A DNA stretch of 64,000 bases from Limisphaerales bacterium (GTDB taxonomy: Bacteria; Verrucomicrobiota; Verrucomicrobiia; Limisphaerales; UBA1412): contig JBMNFQ010000001.1 of NCBI GenBank assembly GCA_050949405.1, positions 1,578,727 to 1,642,726 on the forward strand, in the 5' to 3' direction. Below, piece after piece: positions 15,723-26,268 of this stretch. The notes beneath the pieces were generated by a model. The model saw nothing but the letters and a program-made list of their open reading frames with translations, had not been told where the DNA came from and searched no databases. A program made the translations under genes and the position numbers. Numbering within the stretch: position 1 is the stretch's first letter; every line of letters begins with the position of its first letter.

Positions 15723-17135
15723 TTAAACATCGTAATACATTTCATACTCGATAGGGTGGGGCCGCAGGCGAAGGGTGGAATCCTCTTTGCGTTTAATTCG
15801 GACATAAGTTTCCAGGAAGTCGCGGCTAAAGACGTCGCCCTTCAATAAAAACTCATGGTCTTCTTCCAGGTAATTCAAGGCCTCTCCCAAGCTTGAAGGC
15901 ACATGTGGTATATTCTTGAGCTCTTCAGGCGGCAGTTCATAGATATTTTTATCCATCGGCTCGCCCGGGTCTATCTTGTTCATTACTCCATCCAAACCTG
16001 CCAACAGAAGGGCAGAGTAGGCTAGGTAGGGATTGGCAGAGGGGTCAGGCGGGCGATACTCAATACGCTTGGCCTTAGCGTTGGAGCTGAAAGTAGGAAT
16101 TCGAATGGCGGCGCTGCGATTGCTTGCGCTGTAGGCCAGATTGATCGGCGCTTCATAGCCGGGGACCAGCCGCCTGTAGGAGTTTGTACAGGGGCTGCAA
16201 AAAGCACAGAGAGCCCGAGCATGCTTCAAGATGCCTCCCATATAGTGGAGAGCCATCTGGCTCAGCCCGGCGTATTCACTGCCGGCAAAAAGAGGTTTGC
16301 CTTTTTTCCAGAGAGATTGATGAATATGCATCCCCGAGCCGTTATCGCCAAACATCGGCTTGGGCATAAAGGTTGCCGTTTTGCCGTGGCGCAAAGCGAC
16401 GTTTTTAACCACATACTTAAAGACCATCATCCTGTCGGCAGACCTCAAGAGGGTATCAAAGCAAAAATCGATTTCTGACTGACCGGCAGTGGCGACCTCA
16501 TGATGGTGGCGCTCTACCTGCAGGCCCAGCTCTTCCATGATGAGCACCATTTCAGTGCGTATATCCTGAAGTGAATCGGAGGGACAGACTGGGAAGTAGC
16601 CTTCTCTGTGTCGCATTTTGTAGCCCAGGTTTGGCATCTCTTCGCGGGCACTGTTCCAGATACCTTCAGAGGAATCAATATGGAACATGGCGGTGTGGTT
16701 TTTATTCTCAAAGCGGACATCATCAAGAATAAAGAACTCAGCCTCGGCGCCCAGATAGGCAGTGTCAGCAAAACCACTTCCTTCAAGGAAGTTTTCTGCA
16801 CGCTGGGCAATGACGCGAGGATCGCGGTTGTAGGGTTCGCGCGTGCTTGTCTCCATCACAGTACAGGTCAGGCTCAAAGTGGGAACAGCGCAAAAGGGGT
16901 CCATGAAAGCGGTTTCGGGGTCCGGTATCACCAGCATATCGCTGGCTTCGATACTTTTCCAGCCTCGAATAGAGGAGCCATCAATACCGAAACCTTCTGA
17001 AAAAGACTCTTCGGTAAGCTCGCGAATAGGGACGGTAAAATGTTGCCAGGCACCAAAAGTATCTACAAATTTCAGGTCCACCATTTTTGCGGCATACTTT
17101 TTTGCCATTTCAACGACAGATTGGGGCGTATTCAT
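15723..17135 (-). CDS. glnA: Glutamine synthetase type I
   Basis: This is a 470-aa GSI with blocks [33 protein letters not shown] and an adenylylation-site-like [10 protein letters not shown]. Confidence 0.95.
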   Translation of the reverse strand: MNTPQSVVEMAKKYAAKMVDLKFVDTFGAWQHFTVPIRELTEESFSEGFGIDGSSIRGWKSIEASDMLVIPDPETAFMDPFCAVPTLSLTCTVMETSTREPYNRDPRVIAQRAENFLEGSGFADTAYLGAEAEFFILDDVRFENKNHTAMFHIDSSEGIWNSAREEMPNLGYKMRHREGYFPVCPSDSLQDIRTEMVLIMEELGLQVERHHHEVATAGQSEIDFCFDTLLRSADRMMVFKYVVKNVALRHGKTATFMPKPMFGDNGSGMHIHQSLWKKGKPLFAGSEYAGLSQMALHYMGGILKHARALCAFCSPCTNSYRRLVPGYEAPINLAYSASNRSAAIRIPTFSSNAKAKRIEYRPPDPSANPYLAYSALLLAGLDGVMNKIDPGEPMDKNIYELPPEELKNIPHVPSSLGEALNYLEEDHEFLLKGDVFSRDFLETYVRIKRKEDSTLRLRPHPIEYEMYYDV

Positions 17136-17194
17136 CTATGCTCTCTGGAGCCTGTGCCAGCTGCTGCTCAGGCAATCCTAAATTCATGCTAAAG

Positions 17195-17226
17195 TAAAAA
17201 ACCCTCCCCTTCCAGTGAAAAGGAGG
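17195..17226 (-). terminator. Candidate terminator or attenuator between glnB and glnA
   Basis: On the minus strand, stem CCTCC/GGAGG (17203-17207 pairs with 17222-17226) is followed by a U-run encoded by the A-run at 17196-17201. Confidence 0.45.
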
Positions 17227-17259
17227 ATAATTACAAGAATTTTGAGTGCCGAAGGCAAA

Positions 17260-17622
<363 letters not shown>

Positions 17623-17680
17623 TCAAATTATAAAACAGCAGCAGATTGCTGCACAGGTTAATTATCCTTGGGGCTGATTT

Positions 17681-18991
17681 TTACTTCATGTTGGCGATGA
17701 TGCTCTCTCCAAACTCTGAGCATCGAATCTCAGTGGCTCCCTTCATAAGGCGGGCGAAGTCGTAGGTAACGCGCCTGGATGCGATAGCCCCGTTCAGTCC
17801 AGCAATGATAAGGTCTGCGGCTTCACTCCAGCCCATATAGCGGAGCATCATCTCACCGCTCAAGATAACGCTGCCGGGGTTGACCTTATCCTGGTTAGCA
17901 TATTTAGGGGCTGTGCCATGAGTCGCTTCGAAGATGGCGTGGCCGGTGGTGTAGTTGATGTTGCCGCCCGGGGCAATGCCAATCCCTCCCACCTGAGCAG
18001 CCAGGGCATCGGAAAGGTAATCGCCGTTGAGGTTCAGCGTGGCGATGACGTCAAAATCAGAAGGGCGTGTCAAGACCTGCTGCAGAGTAATATCAGCAAT
18101 GGCATCTTTTACCAGGATAGCCCCAGCGGCCAGAGCCTCTTCCTGCTCCTGGTTGGCTGCATTGTCGCCACTCTTTTTTCGTGTTCTTTCCCATTGTGCC
18201 CAGGTATAGACCTGAGTGCCAAAGAGCTCTTCGGCACAGGCATAGCCCCAGTCACGGAAGGCCCCTTCAGTGTATTTCATGATGTTGCCTTTGTGGACGA
18301 GGGTGACGCTTTTGCGCTTTTGGTGCAGGGCATACTCAATAGCGGCTTTGACTAAACGTGTGGTACCTTCTTTTGAAACGGGTTTAATGCCGATACCAAC
18401 ACAGGGAGAGGACTCTTTAGCAAAACGGATTTTTTTGAAATCTTCCGAAAACTCGTTTTTTAGAAACTCCAGGACTTTGGCCGCTTCGGCTGAGCCAGGC
18501 ATGTATTCAATTCCAGCATAGATATCTTCTGTGTTTTCACGGAAAATGACCATATTTACTTTTTCGGGGTGTTTCACAGGGCTGGGCACACCAGAGAAAT
18601 ATTGGATGGGGCGCAGGCAGACGTAGAGGTCAAGCAGTTGGCGCAGGGCAACGTTGAGAGAGCGAATCCCCCCACCAATCGGGGTGGTCAGAGGACCCTT
18701 GATGCCGACCAGATAATCGCGAAAAACCTCGACCGTTTCATCGGGAAGCCAGGTATCAAATTTTTCTTTGGCCAGACCGCCTGCATAAACTTCAAACCAG
18801 GAGATTTTCCGTTTGTCTCCATAAGCCTGGGAGACGGCGGCATCGAATACTCGCTGGCTGGCCGCCCAAATGTCGGGGCCGGTGCCATCGCCGCGAATGA
18901 AGGGGATTACGGGGTTATCGGGTACATTGAGTTTACCATTTAGGATTTGAATTTTATCGCCTTCTGGTGGGGTAAGTGTCGTATATTTCAT
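17681..18991 (-). CDS. icd: NADP-dependent isocitrate dehydrogenase
   Basis: Supporting blocks are [34 protein letters not shown] and [23 protein letters not shown]. Confidence 0.95.
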   Translation of the reverse strand: MKYTTLTPPEGDKIQILNGKLNVPDNPVIPFIRGDGTGPDIWAASQRVFDAAVSQAYGDKRKISWFEVYAGGLAKEKFDTWLPDETVEVFRDYLVGIKGPLTTPIGGGIRSLNVALRQLLDLYVCLRPIQYFSGVPSPVKHPEKVNMVIFRENTEDIYAGIEYMPGSAEAAKVLEFLKNEFSEDFKKIRFAKESSPCVGIGIKPVSKEGTTRLVKAAIEYALHQKRKSVTLVHKGNIMKYTEGAFRDWGYACAEELFGTQVYTWAQWERTRKKSGDNAANQEQEEALAAGAILVKDAIADITLQQVLTRPSDFDVIATLNLNGDYLSDALAAQVGGIGIAPGGNINYTTGHAIFEATHGTAPKYANQDKVNPGSVILSGEMMLRYMGWSEAADLIIAGLNGAIASRRVTYDFARLMKGATEIRCSEFGESIIANMK

Positions 18992-19067
18992 CTCGTTGCT
19001 TTTTTAAATTTTAAGGCAGTGTGCCGGAGCTGGCCGCCGCTGTTTGCTTGTGATTTAAAGTTGAGGT

Positions 19068-21122
19068 TTAGAGGGTTGAGGCTCCGTATATCTGGAATTT
19101 TTTTTGAGATGTCTTTTCAGAGCTTCCAAAGTGCCGATTCACTTTTTCCAAAATGGTTTCTACGCTTAAGCCATACTTTTTCTGAAGTTCTTCTGCTGTC
19201 GTGGCATGTTCCACGAACCTGTCAGGCCATCCAATACGAATCATGGGGACCTGAACCGCTCGGCTATTGAGCAGCTCCAGGACAGCGCTGCCATAGCCGC
19301 CGGTGAGCATGTGGTCTTCGATGGTAAGGAGCAGGTCTGCGTTCTGCGCATAGAGCAAGGTGAGCTGTTCATCCAGGGGTTTGATAAAACGCGGGTCAAT
19401 GAGGGCAGTTTCATAGCCCTGATTGGAAAGCTCTTCTGCTGCTTTCAGGGCCATAGCGTTCATGCTGCCCAGGGCAAAGATGGCAATTTTGCTTCCTTTG
19501 GTTTTACCCCAGTTCTTGACCACTTCACCTTTCCCGATTTCCAAAATGGCCGGCATTTCTTTGATGGGGACACCCGCAGCGGGGCCTCGCGGATAGCGAA
19601 TGGCCGCGGGCTGATTGAGGCGCGTCGCTGTATAGAGCATATCTTGGAGCTCATCTTCATTGCGAGGTGCCATCAAGACGATATTGGGCAGCGGACGCAG
19701 GAAAGAGATATCAAAGACGCCGTGGTGAGTCGGCCCATCATTGGGAGAGAGACCTGCACGGTCCATACAAAAGACCACCGGCAAGGATTGAAGTGCAGCG
19801 TCGTGCATCACGCAATCAAAAGCGCGCTGCATAAAAGAGGAGTAGATCGCCACAACGGGGTGATAGCCCATAGTTGCCATGGCTGAAGCAAAAACAACAG
19901 CATGTTCTTCGGCGATTCCGACATCAATATATTGCTGGGGGCGCTCTCGAGCCAGAATATCCAGACCTGTTCCGCCGGGCATGGCTGCCGTGATTCCGAC
20001 GATTTTCTCATCACGTTTGCAAAGCTTAAGCATTGAGTCACCAAACACTTTTTGCCAGGAAGGCGCGACGGCGGGTGTGTTTGACTTGATAGCCAGACCA
20101 TCTGCCGGATTGTAGGGGCCAACACCGTGGAAATGCGACGGCTGGGTCATGGCTGGCTCATACCCTTTGCCCTTGGTGGTAATCACATGCAGGACAATGG
20201 GCGAATCAGATTCTCGAGCAAACTCCAGCGCCCGTATAAGTGTGGGGATATCATGCCCATCCATGGGGCCCAGGTACTTGAAGCCGAGGTCTTCAAAGAA
20301 AGAGCTGCTGGTGCCTCCACCGCCTTTGCCATCTACATTGTAATCCTGGAGGTTTTCTGCAGAGAGACGGCCATGTAGAGGCTGCTCCTCGTTGGGACGG
20401 ATGGAAATAGAGGTCACTGCCAGCTTGAAGGCTTCCCCGGCTTTACTGGAAATGCGTTTGGCCAGTGAGGCGTGCTGATCAGGCAGCTTGCCAAGCCAGC
20501 GCTCGAACTCGCGTTGGAGTTTGTTAAAAGTCGGCCTCATTAAGAGGCGATTCAAAAAATTGGAGACAGCGCCCACATTGCGATCAATGCTCCACTTGTT
20601 ATCATTTAAGATAGCAATGAAGTTTTTGGTATTGCTGGCAATGTTGTTGAGCGCTTCAAAAGAGATGCCGTTTGTTAAGGCGGCGTCACCAAAAATGGCG
20701 ACAACATTTTCATCAGTGCCTCGTTTATCTCGGGCAACAGCCATCCCCAGTGCAGCAGAAAGGGCAGTGCCGGCGTGGCCGGCGCCAAAACAATCGTGCT
20801 CACTTTCTGAGCGCAGCGCAAAGCCGCTGAGTCCACCGGTCTGGCGAATCGTATGGAAGCGATCTTTCCTGCCGGTCAAAAGTTTGTGGGCGTAAACCTG
20901 ATGGCTGACATCCCAGAGGAATTTATCTTTAGGAGTTTCAAAAACCCAGTGGAGGGCAATCGTCAGGTCGACTATACCCAGGTTGGACGCCAGATGGCCA
21001 CCGCTGTTTGCGACCTTTGTGACGATCTCATTGCGTATCTCGGCCGCCAGCTCAACCAACTGGTCTGGTTTGAGCTTTTTAACATGCTCGGGTGAATTGA
21101 CCATATCAAGATAACAGCTCAT
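19068..21122 (-). CDS. dxs: 1-deoxy-D-xylulose-5-phosphate synthase
   Basis: Supporting blocks are GGHLASNLGIVDLTIALH, DVSHQVYAHKLLTGR, the TPP-binding GDAALTNG and GIAEEHAV. Its start overlaps the xseB stop. Confidence 0.95.
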   Translation of the reverse strand: MSCYLDMVNSPEHVKKLKPDQLVELAAEIRNEIVTKVANSGGHLASNLGIVDLTIALHWVFETPKDKFLWDVSHQVYAHKLLTGRKDRFHTIRQTGGLSGFALRSESEHDCFGAGHAGTALSAALGMAVARDKRGTDENVVAIFGDAALTNGISFEALNNIASNTKNFIAILNDNKWSIDRNVGAVSNFLNRLLMRPTFNKLQREFERWLGKLPDQHASLAKRISSKAGEAFKLAVTSISIRPNEEQPLHGRLSAENLQDYNVDGKGGGGTSSSFFEDLGFKYLGPMDGHDIPTLIRALEFARESDSPIVLHVITTKGKGYEPAMTQPSHFHGVGPYNPADGLAIKSNTPAVAPSWQKVFGDSMLKLCKRDEKIVGITAAMPGGTGLDILARERPQQYIDVGIAEEHAVVFASAMATMGYHPVVAIYSSFMQRAFDCVMHDAALQSLPVVFCMDRAGLSPNDGPTHHGVFDISFLRPLPNIVLMAPRNEDELQDMLYTATRLNQPAAIRYPRGPAAGVPIKEMPAILEIGKGEVVKNWGKTKGSKIAIFALGSMNAMALKAAEELSNQGYETALIDPRFIKPLDEQLTLLYAQNADLLLTIEDHMLTGGYGSAVLELLNSRAVQVPMIRIGWPDRFVEHATTAEELQKKYGLSVETILEKVNRHFGSSEKTSQKKFQIYGASTL

Positions 21123-21376
21123 CTTTCCTCCTTCTTTTTAAGTGATATTTGACCACCTTTTTCCATCAATTCGCGGATTTTGCCTTCGGCCTCGCCAAGC
21201 CTTGTTTGGCAGCTCTTTATGAGCTTCACTCCCTCACCATAGGAAGCGATCATCTTTTCCAAGCTCAAATTGCCTGATTCCATCTCGGAGACCAGCGTTC
21301 TGAGTTTGCTGATACCCTCTTCGAAGGATATCTTTTCTTCAGGAGCTTTTGGGTCCGGATTTACTTTTTGATTCAT
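21119..21376 (-). CDS. xseB: Exodeoxyribonuclease VII small subunit
   Basis: This is an 85-aa helical protein with FEEGISKLRTLVSEMESGNLSLEKMIASYGEGVKLIKSCQTRL. Its position upstream of dxs matches many bacteria. Confidence 0.85.
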   Translation of the reverse strand: MNQKVNPDPKAPEEKISFEEGISKLRTLVSEMESGNLSLEKMIASYGEGVKLIKSCQTRLGEAEGKIRELMEKGGQISLKKKEER

Positions 21377-21384
21377 TCTGGCTT

Positions 21385-22608
21385 TTAGTTTTTGTCGTAT
21401 CGATAGATAAACATTCCGTCCCGCAGCTTGGGTTCAAACCAGGTGCTTTTGGGCGGCATGACTTCGTTTTGATCGGCAATATCCATAACTTCCTCAATCT
21501 GAGTTGGGAACATGGAGAAAGCACATGCGTATTCCCCGGAGCAGACCATCTGTTCGAGCTCAACGGTCCCCCGGATTCCCCCAATAAAGGAGATGCGTTC
21601 GCTGGTGCGCGGGTCTTTGATGCCCAAGATGGGAGCCAACACCTTATCCTGGAGGATTTGTACACCCAACTGATCGCGCAGGCTATTGCCGTTGGAGAGA
21701 CCCGTCTTGAAGTTGAGTCCATACCAGCGTTTCCCAAGGAAGAGGGCGACTTCTTTATTCCTCCTGGGCTTATCAAACGGCTTTTCCTGTATCGTGAAGA
21801 CAGCTTCAAGCTTCTTCAAAAACTCGCTTTCACTCAAACCGTTTAAGTCTTTGAGGGCCCTGTTATAGGGAAGAATCTGCATTTGATCATGAGGGAAGAG
21901 GACAGCCAAAAAGTATTGACTGCCATTTTTGCCGCCCCTGCTTTGGTAGATTCTGGCCGCGGCAGCGCTCCGGTGGTGTCCATCGGCAATGTAGAGACAG
22001 GGCATTTGTCCAAATTCTTTTTCAATAGATTTGAGGATGCTTTTATCAGAGATGACCCAGGCTTCATGCCTGACGCCGTCGATACCGGTGAAGTCGACAA
22101 CAGGCGTTTCCCGCGTTTTTGCAGCAAAGAGAGTGTTTAGCGTTCTGCTGGCGTGATAGGTCAGAAAAACAGGACCGGTCTGGGCGTTGAGAGCCTCAAT
22201 ATGATTGATTCGGTCCTTTTCCTTGTCTGGACGGGTGAATTCATGTTTCTTGATGGTTCCGTCAAGGTACTCCTGCGCGCTGACGGTTGCAACCAGGCCG
22301 GTTTGGGTGTGGCTGCCCATGATCTGGCGGTAAAGATAATAGCAGGGTTCCGCATCTTTTCTCAGCCACCCTTCGGCAACCCACTCTTGGAAAAGGTCTC
22401 GAGCTTTGGCGTAAACTTCGTTTGAGTAGGGGTTTATACCGTTTGGGAAATTGATTTCAGCACGACTAATCCTATAGAAGCTGTGTTCCTTGCCCTCTGC
22501 GCGCTCACGCGCTTCATCGGTGGAAACAACATCATAGGGTAGTTCGCAGATTTGCCCGGCAACTTCAGGCCTGGGTCTGATAGCAGCAAATGGTCTTACT
22601 ATTGCCAT
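21385..22608 (-). CDS. DUF1015 family protein
   Basis: The N-terminus MAIVRPFAAIRP....ELPYDVVS and the blocks ADGHHRSAAA and KSTWFEPKLRDG are typical of DUF1015. The ATG at 22608 is preferred over the upstream start at 22677. Confidence 0.8.
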   Translation of the reverse strand: MAIVRPFAAIRPRPEVAGQICELPYDVVSTDEARERAEGKEHSFYRISRAEINFPNGINPYSNEVYAKARDLFQEWVAEGWLRKDAEPCYYLYRQIMGSHTQTGLVATVSAQEYLDGTIKKHEFTRPDKEKDRINHIEALNAQTGPVFLTYHASRTLNTLFAAKTRETPVVDFTGIDGVRHEAWVISDKSILKSIEKEFGQMPCLYIADGHHRSAAAARIYQSRGGKNGSQYFLAVLFPHDQMQILPYNRALKDLNGLSESEFLKKLEAVFTIQEKPFDKPRRNKEVALFLGKRWYGLNFKTGLSNGNSLRDQLGVQILQDKVLAPILGIKDPRTSERISFIGGIRGTVELEQMVCSGEYACAFSMFPTQIEEVMDIADQNEVMPPKSTWFEPKLRDGMFIYRYDKN

Positions 22609-22847
22609 AGTAACGCAAGGAGTAGTATAGCAGATTTTTAGTCTTGAAAAAGTAAAAAGAACGGTGTGAACCGGCAAAAAGAGAAGCTGAAAATCAGCTA
22701 AAAAAAGGGATTTGTTTCCAAAGTTTTATACCTGCATAACTTACTCTAACAGAAGATATAATATATAATTCTATCAAGTCGGTATACATTTTTTTCATAA
22801 AAGTATTGTTTCCCAGAAAGCAAAATCCTAGAATCCGGCAGCTAGTG

Positions 22848-23483
22848 ATGCGAGTAAACGCTTATATAAAAGTCGGATGGGAGTACCTTTTTAAGGTAAT
22901 GAATCTCTTTTTGCCGACAACTCGGGCCAAAACGGTAGCCATATTGCTCTGCGGGGTATTCGTTGGGTTGGTAGCCTATATGAGTTATGCTTCGCGAGCT
23001 TACTCGTATCTTCTGGATGACCCGGACGTTTGCATAAACTGCCACATCATGGGGCCTTTTTATGCGACCTGGAAGCACAGCTCTCACGGGCGCGATACGG
23101 TTTGCAATGATTGTCACGTGCCGCAGGATAATATTTTCAGAAAATGGTATTTCAAAGCCAAAGATGGCTCCCGCCATGCTGAGATTTTTACTCTGCGTGG
23201 AGAGCATCAGGTGATTACGGCAATTCCGGAAAGCCAGGTTGTGATTCAGGAGAACTGCGTTCGGTGCCACACTCAGTTGAATACGGAGTTTGTGAAGACC
23301 GGATGCGTGAGCGCCAGGGCGATAGAATCTGGCGAGGGGAAGGCTTGCTGGGATTGCCATCAGGAGGTGCCTCATGGTGGCAGAGTCAGCCTTTCGGCCA
23401 CTATGGATTCGCGTGTTCCTTTCCCAAAATCTATTGTTCCAAAATGGTTGGAAAAAGAGCTGGGTACTTCAAATAAAAAATAG
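22848..23483 (+). CDS. nrfH: Cytochrome c nitrite reductase small subunit NrfH (NapC/NirT tetraheme family)
   Basis: It has an N-terminal TM helix and four CxxCH motifs (CINCH, CNDCH, CVRCH, CWDCH). The start is uncertain between 22806, 22848 and 22899. Confidence 0.85.
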   Translation: MRVNAYIKVGWEYLFKVMNLFLPTTRAKTVAILLCGVFVGLVAYMSYASRAYSYLLDDPDVCINCHIMGPFYATWKHSSHGRDTVCNDCHVPQDNIFRKWYFKAKDGSRHAEIFTLRGEHQVITAIPESQVVIQENCVRCHTQLNTEFVKTGCVSARAIESGEGKACWDCHQEVPHGGRVSLSATMDSRVPFPKSIVPKWLEKELGTSNKK

Positions 23484-23515
23484 AATCAATTTAATTTAAA
23501 CCAATCAAACTTGTT

Positions 23516-25009
23516 ATGGATATAGAAAAGATGAAACTGAAAAGCTGGCAGGGGTGGTTACTCTTTTTCGGAGCCATGCTTGCCGTTTTTATTATGGGTA
23601 TCTTTGCCGCCTCTATTACGGAAAGGCGGGCTGAGGTTATTTCAATTTACGCGAATAAAAAGGTAGATATTCCGGAGCTGGAGGCCCGCAATGAGATATT
23701 TAATGCAAACTATCCGCGCGAATATCAGACCTGGCGTCAAACCGAAGATACCTCCTTTGTAAGTGAGTTTAACGGAAGCCAGTCTGTTGACGTGCTTGAG
23801 CAGCGACCGAACATGGTGATTCTTTGGGCGGGCTACTCTTTTTCCAAGGATTACTCAACCCCCAGAGGGCATATGCATGGGGTGAAGGATGTACACCAGA
23901 CGTTGCGAACCGGTTCGCCAGGCGTCGACCAGGCCGGAGACGTGCAGCCGGCCACTTGCTGGGCCTGCAAGAGCCCGGACGTACCACGGATGATGAATAA
24001 GCTCGGGGTAAGTGCATTTTATAAGAGCACCTGGTCAGAGATGGGACCTGAAATCGTTAACCCTATTGGGTGCGCTGATTGTCATGACCCCAAGACCATG
24101 GATCTCCATATCAGTCGGCCGGCGTTGATTGAAGCCTTTGAGCGCCAGGGCAAAGATATAACCAAGTCTACTTTGCAGGAGATGCGCTCTCTGGTTTGCG
24201 CGCAGTGCCATGTGGAGTACTACTTTAGAGGGGAAGGAGCCTATCTGACCTTTCCGTGGGATAAAGGGCTTACTGTCGAGGCTGCTGAGGAGTACTACGA
24301 TTCCTATGAGTATCATGACTATATCCATGCTTTGAGCCGTGCGCCGATTTTGAAAGCACAGCATCCGGATTTTGAACTGAGCCAGATGGGTATCCATGCC
24401 CAGCGGGGAGTGGCCTGCGCTGATTGCCACATGCCTTACATCAGCGAAGGCGGCATAAAATACTCTGACCACCATATCCGCAGCCCCCTGGCAGAAATGA
24501 ACCGCACTTGCCAGGTTTGCCACCGGCAGAGCGAGGAGACCCTTCGCAATAATGTCTATGAGCGCCAGCGCAAATGCAATGAAGTGCGCAACCGGCTGGA
24601 AGACATCCTGGCACGCGCTCATATTGAGGCTGCTTTTGCCTGGGAAAAGGGGGCAACAGAAGAGCAGATGCAGGCAGCCCTGAAACTGATTCGTCAGGCG
24701 CAATGGCGCTGGGATTACTCGGTTGCTTCGCATGGCGCTTCTTTCCATGCGCCGCAGGAGGTGATCCGTATTATGAGCAATGGTATTGCCAGCGCAATGG
24801 AAGCCAGGCTTGAAATTGCTCGGGTATTGGCTCAGAGCGGTTACTCGGAGCCTGTACCGATGCCGGATATCTCCACCAAAGAAAAAGCCCAGAAATATAT
24901 TGGCCTTGATATGGAGCAGCTTCGCAAGGATAAGGAGCGCTTCATGAAAGAGGTGGCCGTCAAGTGGGTGGAGGATGCTAAAGCCTCTCAGCGGTTACTC
25001 GAAAAATAG
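23516..25009 (+). CDS. nrfA: Ammonia-forming cytochrome c nitrite reductase, pentaheme NrfA
   Basis: It has the diagnostic active-site CxxCK (CWACK) plus four CxxCH motifs (CADCH, CAQCH, CADCH, CQVCH). An N-terminal anchor or signal is present. Confidence 0.92.
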   Translation: MDIEKMKLKSWQGWLLFFGAMLAVFIMGIFAASITERRAEVISIYANKKVDIPELEARNEIFNANYPREYQTWRQTEDTSFVSEFNGSQSVDVLEQRPNMVILWAGYSFSKDYSTPRGHMHGVKDVHQTLRTGSPGVDQAGDVQPATCWACKSPDVPRMMNKLGVSAFYKSTWSEMGPEIVNPIGCADCHDPKTMDLHISRPALIEAFERQGKDITKSTLQEMRSLVCAQCHVEYYFRGEGAYLTFPWDKGLTVEAAEEYYDSYEYHDYIHALSRAPILKAQHPDFELSQMGIHAQRGVACADCHMPYISEGGIKYSDHHIRSPLAEMNRTCQVCHRQSEETLRNNVYERQRKCNEVRNRLEDILARAHIEAAFAWEKGATEEQMQAALKLIRQAQWRWDYSVASHGASFHAPQEVIRIMSNGIASAMEARLEIARVLAQSGYSEPVPMPDISTKEKAQKYIGLDMEQLRKDKERFMKEVAVKWVEDAKASQRLLEK

Positions 25010-25048
25010 AGAGATATTGATCGCTCAAGAATAGTATAAAGGGAAAAA

Positions 25049-26254
25049 ATGGAGAACTTAACACGTCGAGAGTTTTTGAAGAAAGGCTCACTTGCTGGTT
25101 TGGCAGGAGCCGCAGGCTTTCTAACTGGAGCTGATTGTGCAGCAGCAGAGCAGCTGCCTGCACAGATGGGGCAGGCAATGCGTATTCCGCGCAGGCAGGG
25201 AAGGGGAACTGAGCCGCTTAACCCCAAGTTCCCCAACTTCGGCGGTTTTGTCACGCTTTTGGCAGACCTCCACCAACATACAACTTTCTCAGATGGTGAC
25301 CTCTGGCCAGCAGCTCGGGTGGAGGAGGCCAAGCGTGAGGGGCTGGATGTAGTCTGCCTCTCAGACCACATTGAAGTAAGACCCTTCAAGGCCGATATTG
25401 CCAATTTGGATTTGGGCAGGGGTTATGAGGTTGCGTTGCCCCGGGCTAAAGCCTCTGATATCCTCCTCATACCCGGCTTGGAAATTACCCGCTCTGAGCC
25501 TTATGCCAAGCATCTGAATGCGCTTTTTTTGAAAGATTTCAATGCACTCGTTACTGAGAGGTTCGAGGATGCGGTCCGTGCTGCCGCCAGACAGGATGCC
25601 TTTATTTTTTGGAATCACCCTGCCTGGGGGCAAAAAGAGCCCAAGGCCACCTGGTATCCGCAGATGGATAAATTCCTGGAAGAAGGAATCCTGCATGGTT
25701 TTGAGGTGGTGAACGGTTTTGAAGGGGATGCGCGTGACTACCAGCCCGACGTGATTGAGTGGTGCCAGAAGCATCGTGTGACAATGCTGGGCAACTCTGA
25801 TGCTCATAAGGCGACAGCCTATCTGACCGATTGGAGCGCCGGAGAGCATCGGCCCATGACACTTATTTTTGCACGGGAGCGCACGCTTGAAGGGGTTCGA
25901 GAGGCGCTTTTTGCCGGTCGCACGGCAATTTACTATTACCTGCCTGGAGAGCGTGATCTCCTGATTGGGGATGAAAAGTGGCTGCTACCTATTTTTAACC
26001 GATCCTTTAACTGTATGCCAAAGCGGCCGGGGATTGGGCTGAATGAAGTGGTTTTCCAGAACGATCTTCCCTTTGCTCTCGAGTTCAAAGTGTTAAGCGC
26101 TTCAGGGATTAAGGTGCCTGAAAAACTTCTGCTGCCTCACGGGAGCTCAACTTTGACTCTGGAGGTAGTGAGTGGCTCCGTTCGTGTTGAAGCGGAAGTC
26201 CTCAACTTCCATATTGGCAAAAATCAAAGGATGGTTGTTGAAGTGAGCCTTTAG
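25049..26254 (+). CDS. Tat-exported PHP-domain metal-dependent phosphoesterase
   Basis: It has a twin-arginine leader TRREFLKKGSLAGLAGAAG and a PHP signature DLHQHTTFSDG...VVCLSDH...GNSDAH. Confidence 0.7.
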   Translation: MENLTRREFLKKGSLAGLAGAAGFLTGADCAAAEQLPAQMGQAMRIPRRQGRGTEPLNPKFPNFGGFVTLLADLHQHTTFSDGDLWPAARVEEAKREGLDVVCLSDHIEVRPFKADIANLDLGRGYEVALPRAKASDILLIPGLEITRSEPYAKHLNALFLKDFNALVTERFEDAVRAAARQDAFIFWNHPAWGQKEPKATWYPQMDKFLEEGILHGFEVVNGFEGDARDYQPDVIEWCQKHRVTMLGNSDAHKATAYLTDWSAGEHRPMTLIFARERTLEGVREALFAGRTAIYYYLPGERDLLIGDEKWLLPIFNRSFNCMPKRPGIGLNEVVFQNDLPFALEFKVLSASGIKVPEKLLLPHGSSTLTLEVVSGSVRVEAEVLNFHIGKNQRMVVEVSL

Positions 26255-26268
26255 AGGCGCTCGCTCCG

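Noticed and set aside
19206-19886. 226-aa ORF antisense to dxs, with similar long antisense ORFs at 46838-47506 (LTD gene), 51009-51725 (acyl-CoA synthetase), 58820-59299 (GRE) and 61202-62653 (ATPase)
   Set aside because: All are embedded in strongly supported genes on the opposite strand and lack motifs.
24035-24748. 237-aa ORF antisense to nrfA
   Set aside because: The nrfA frame contains five heme-binding motifs. The antisense frame has none and no independent signals.
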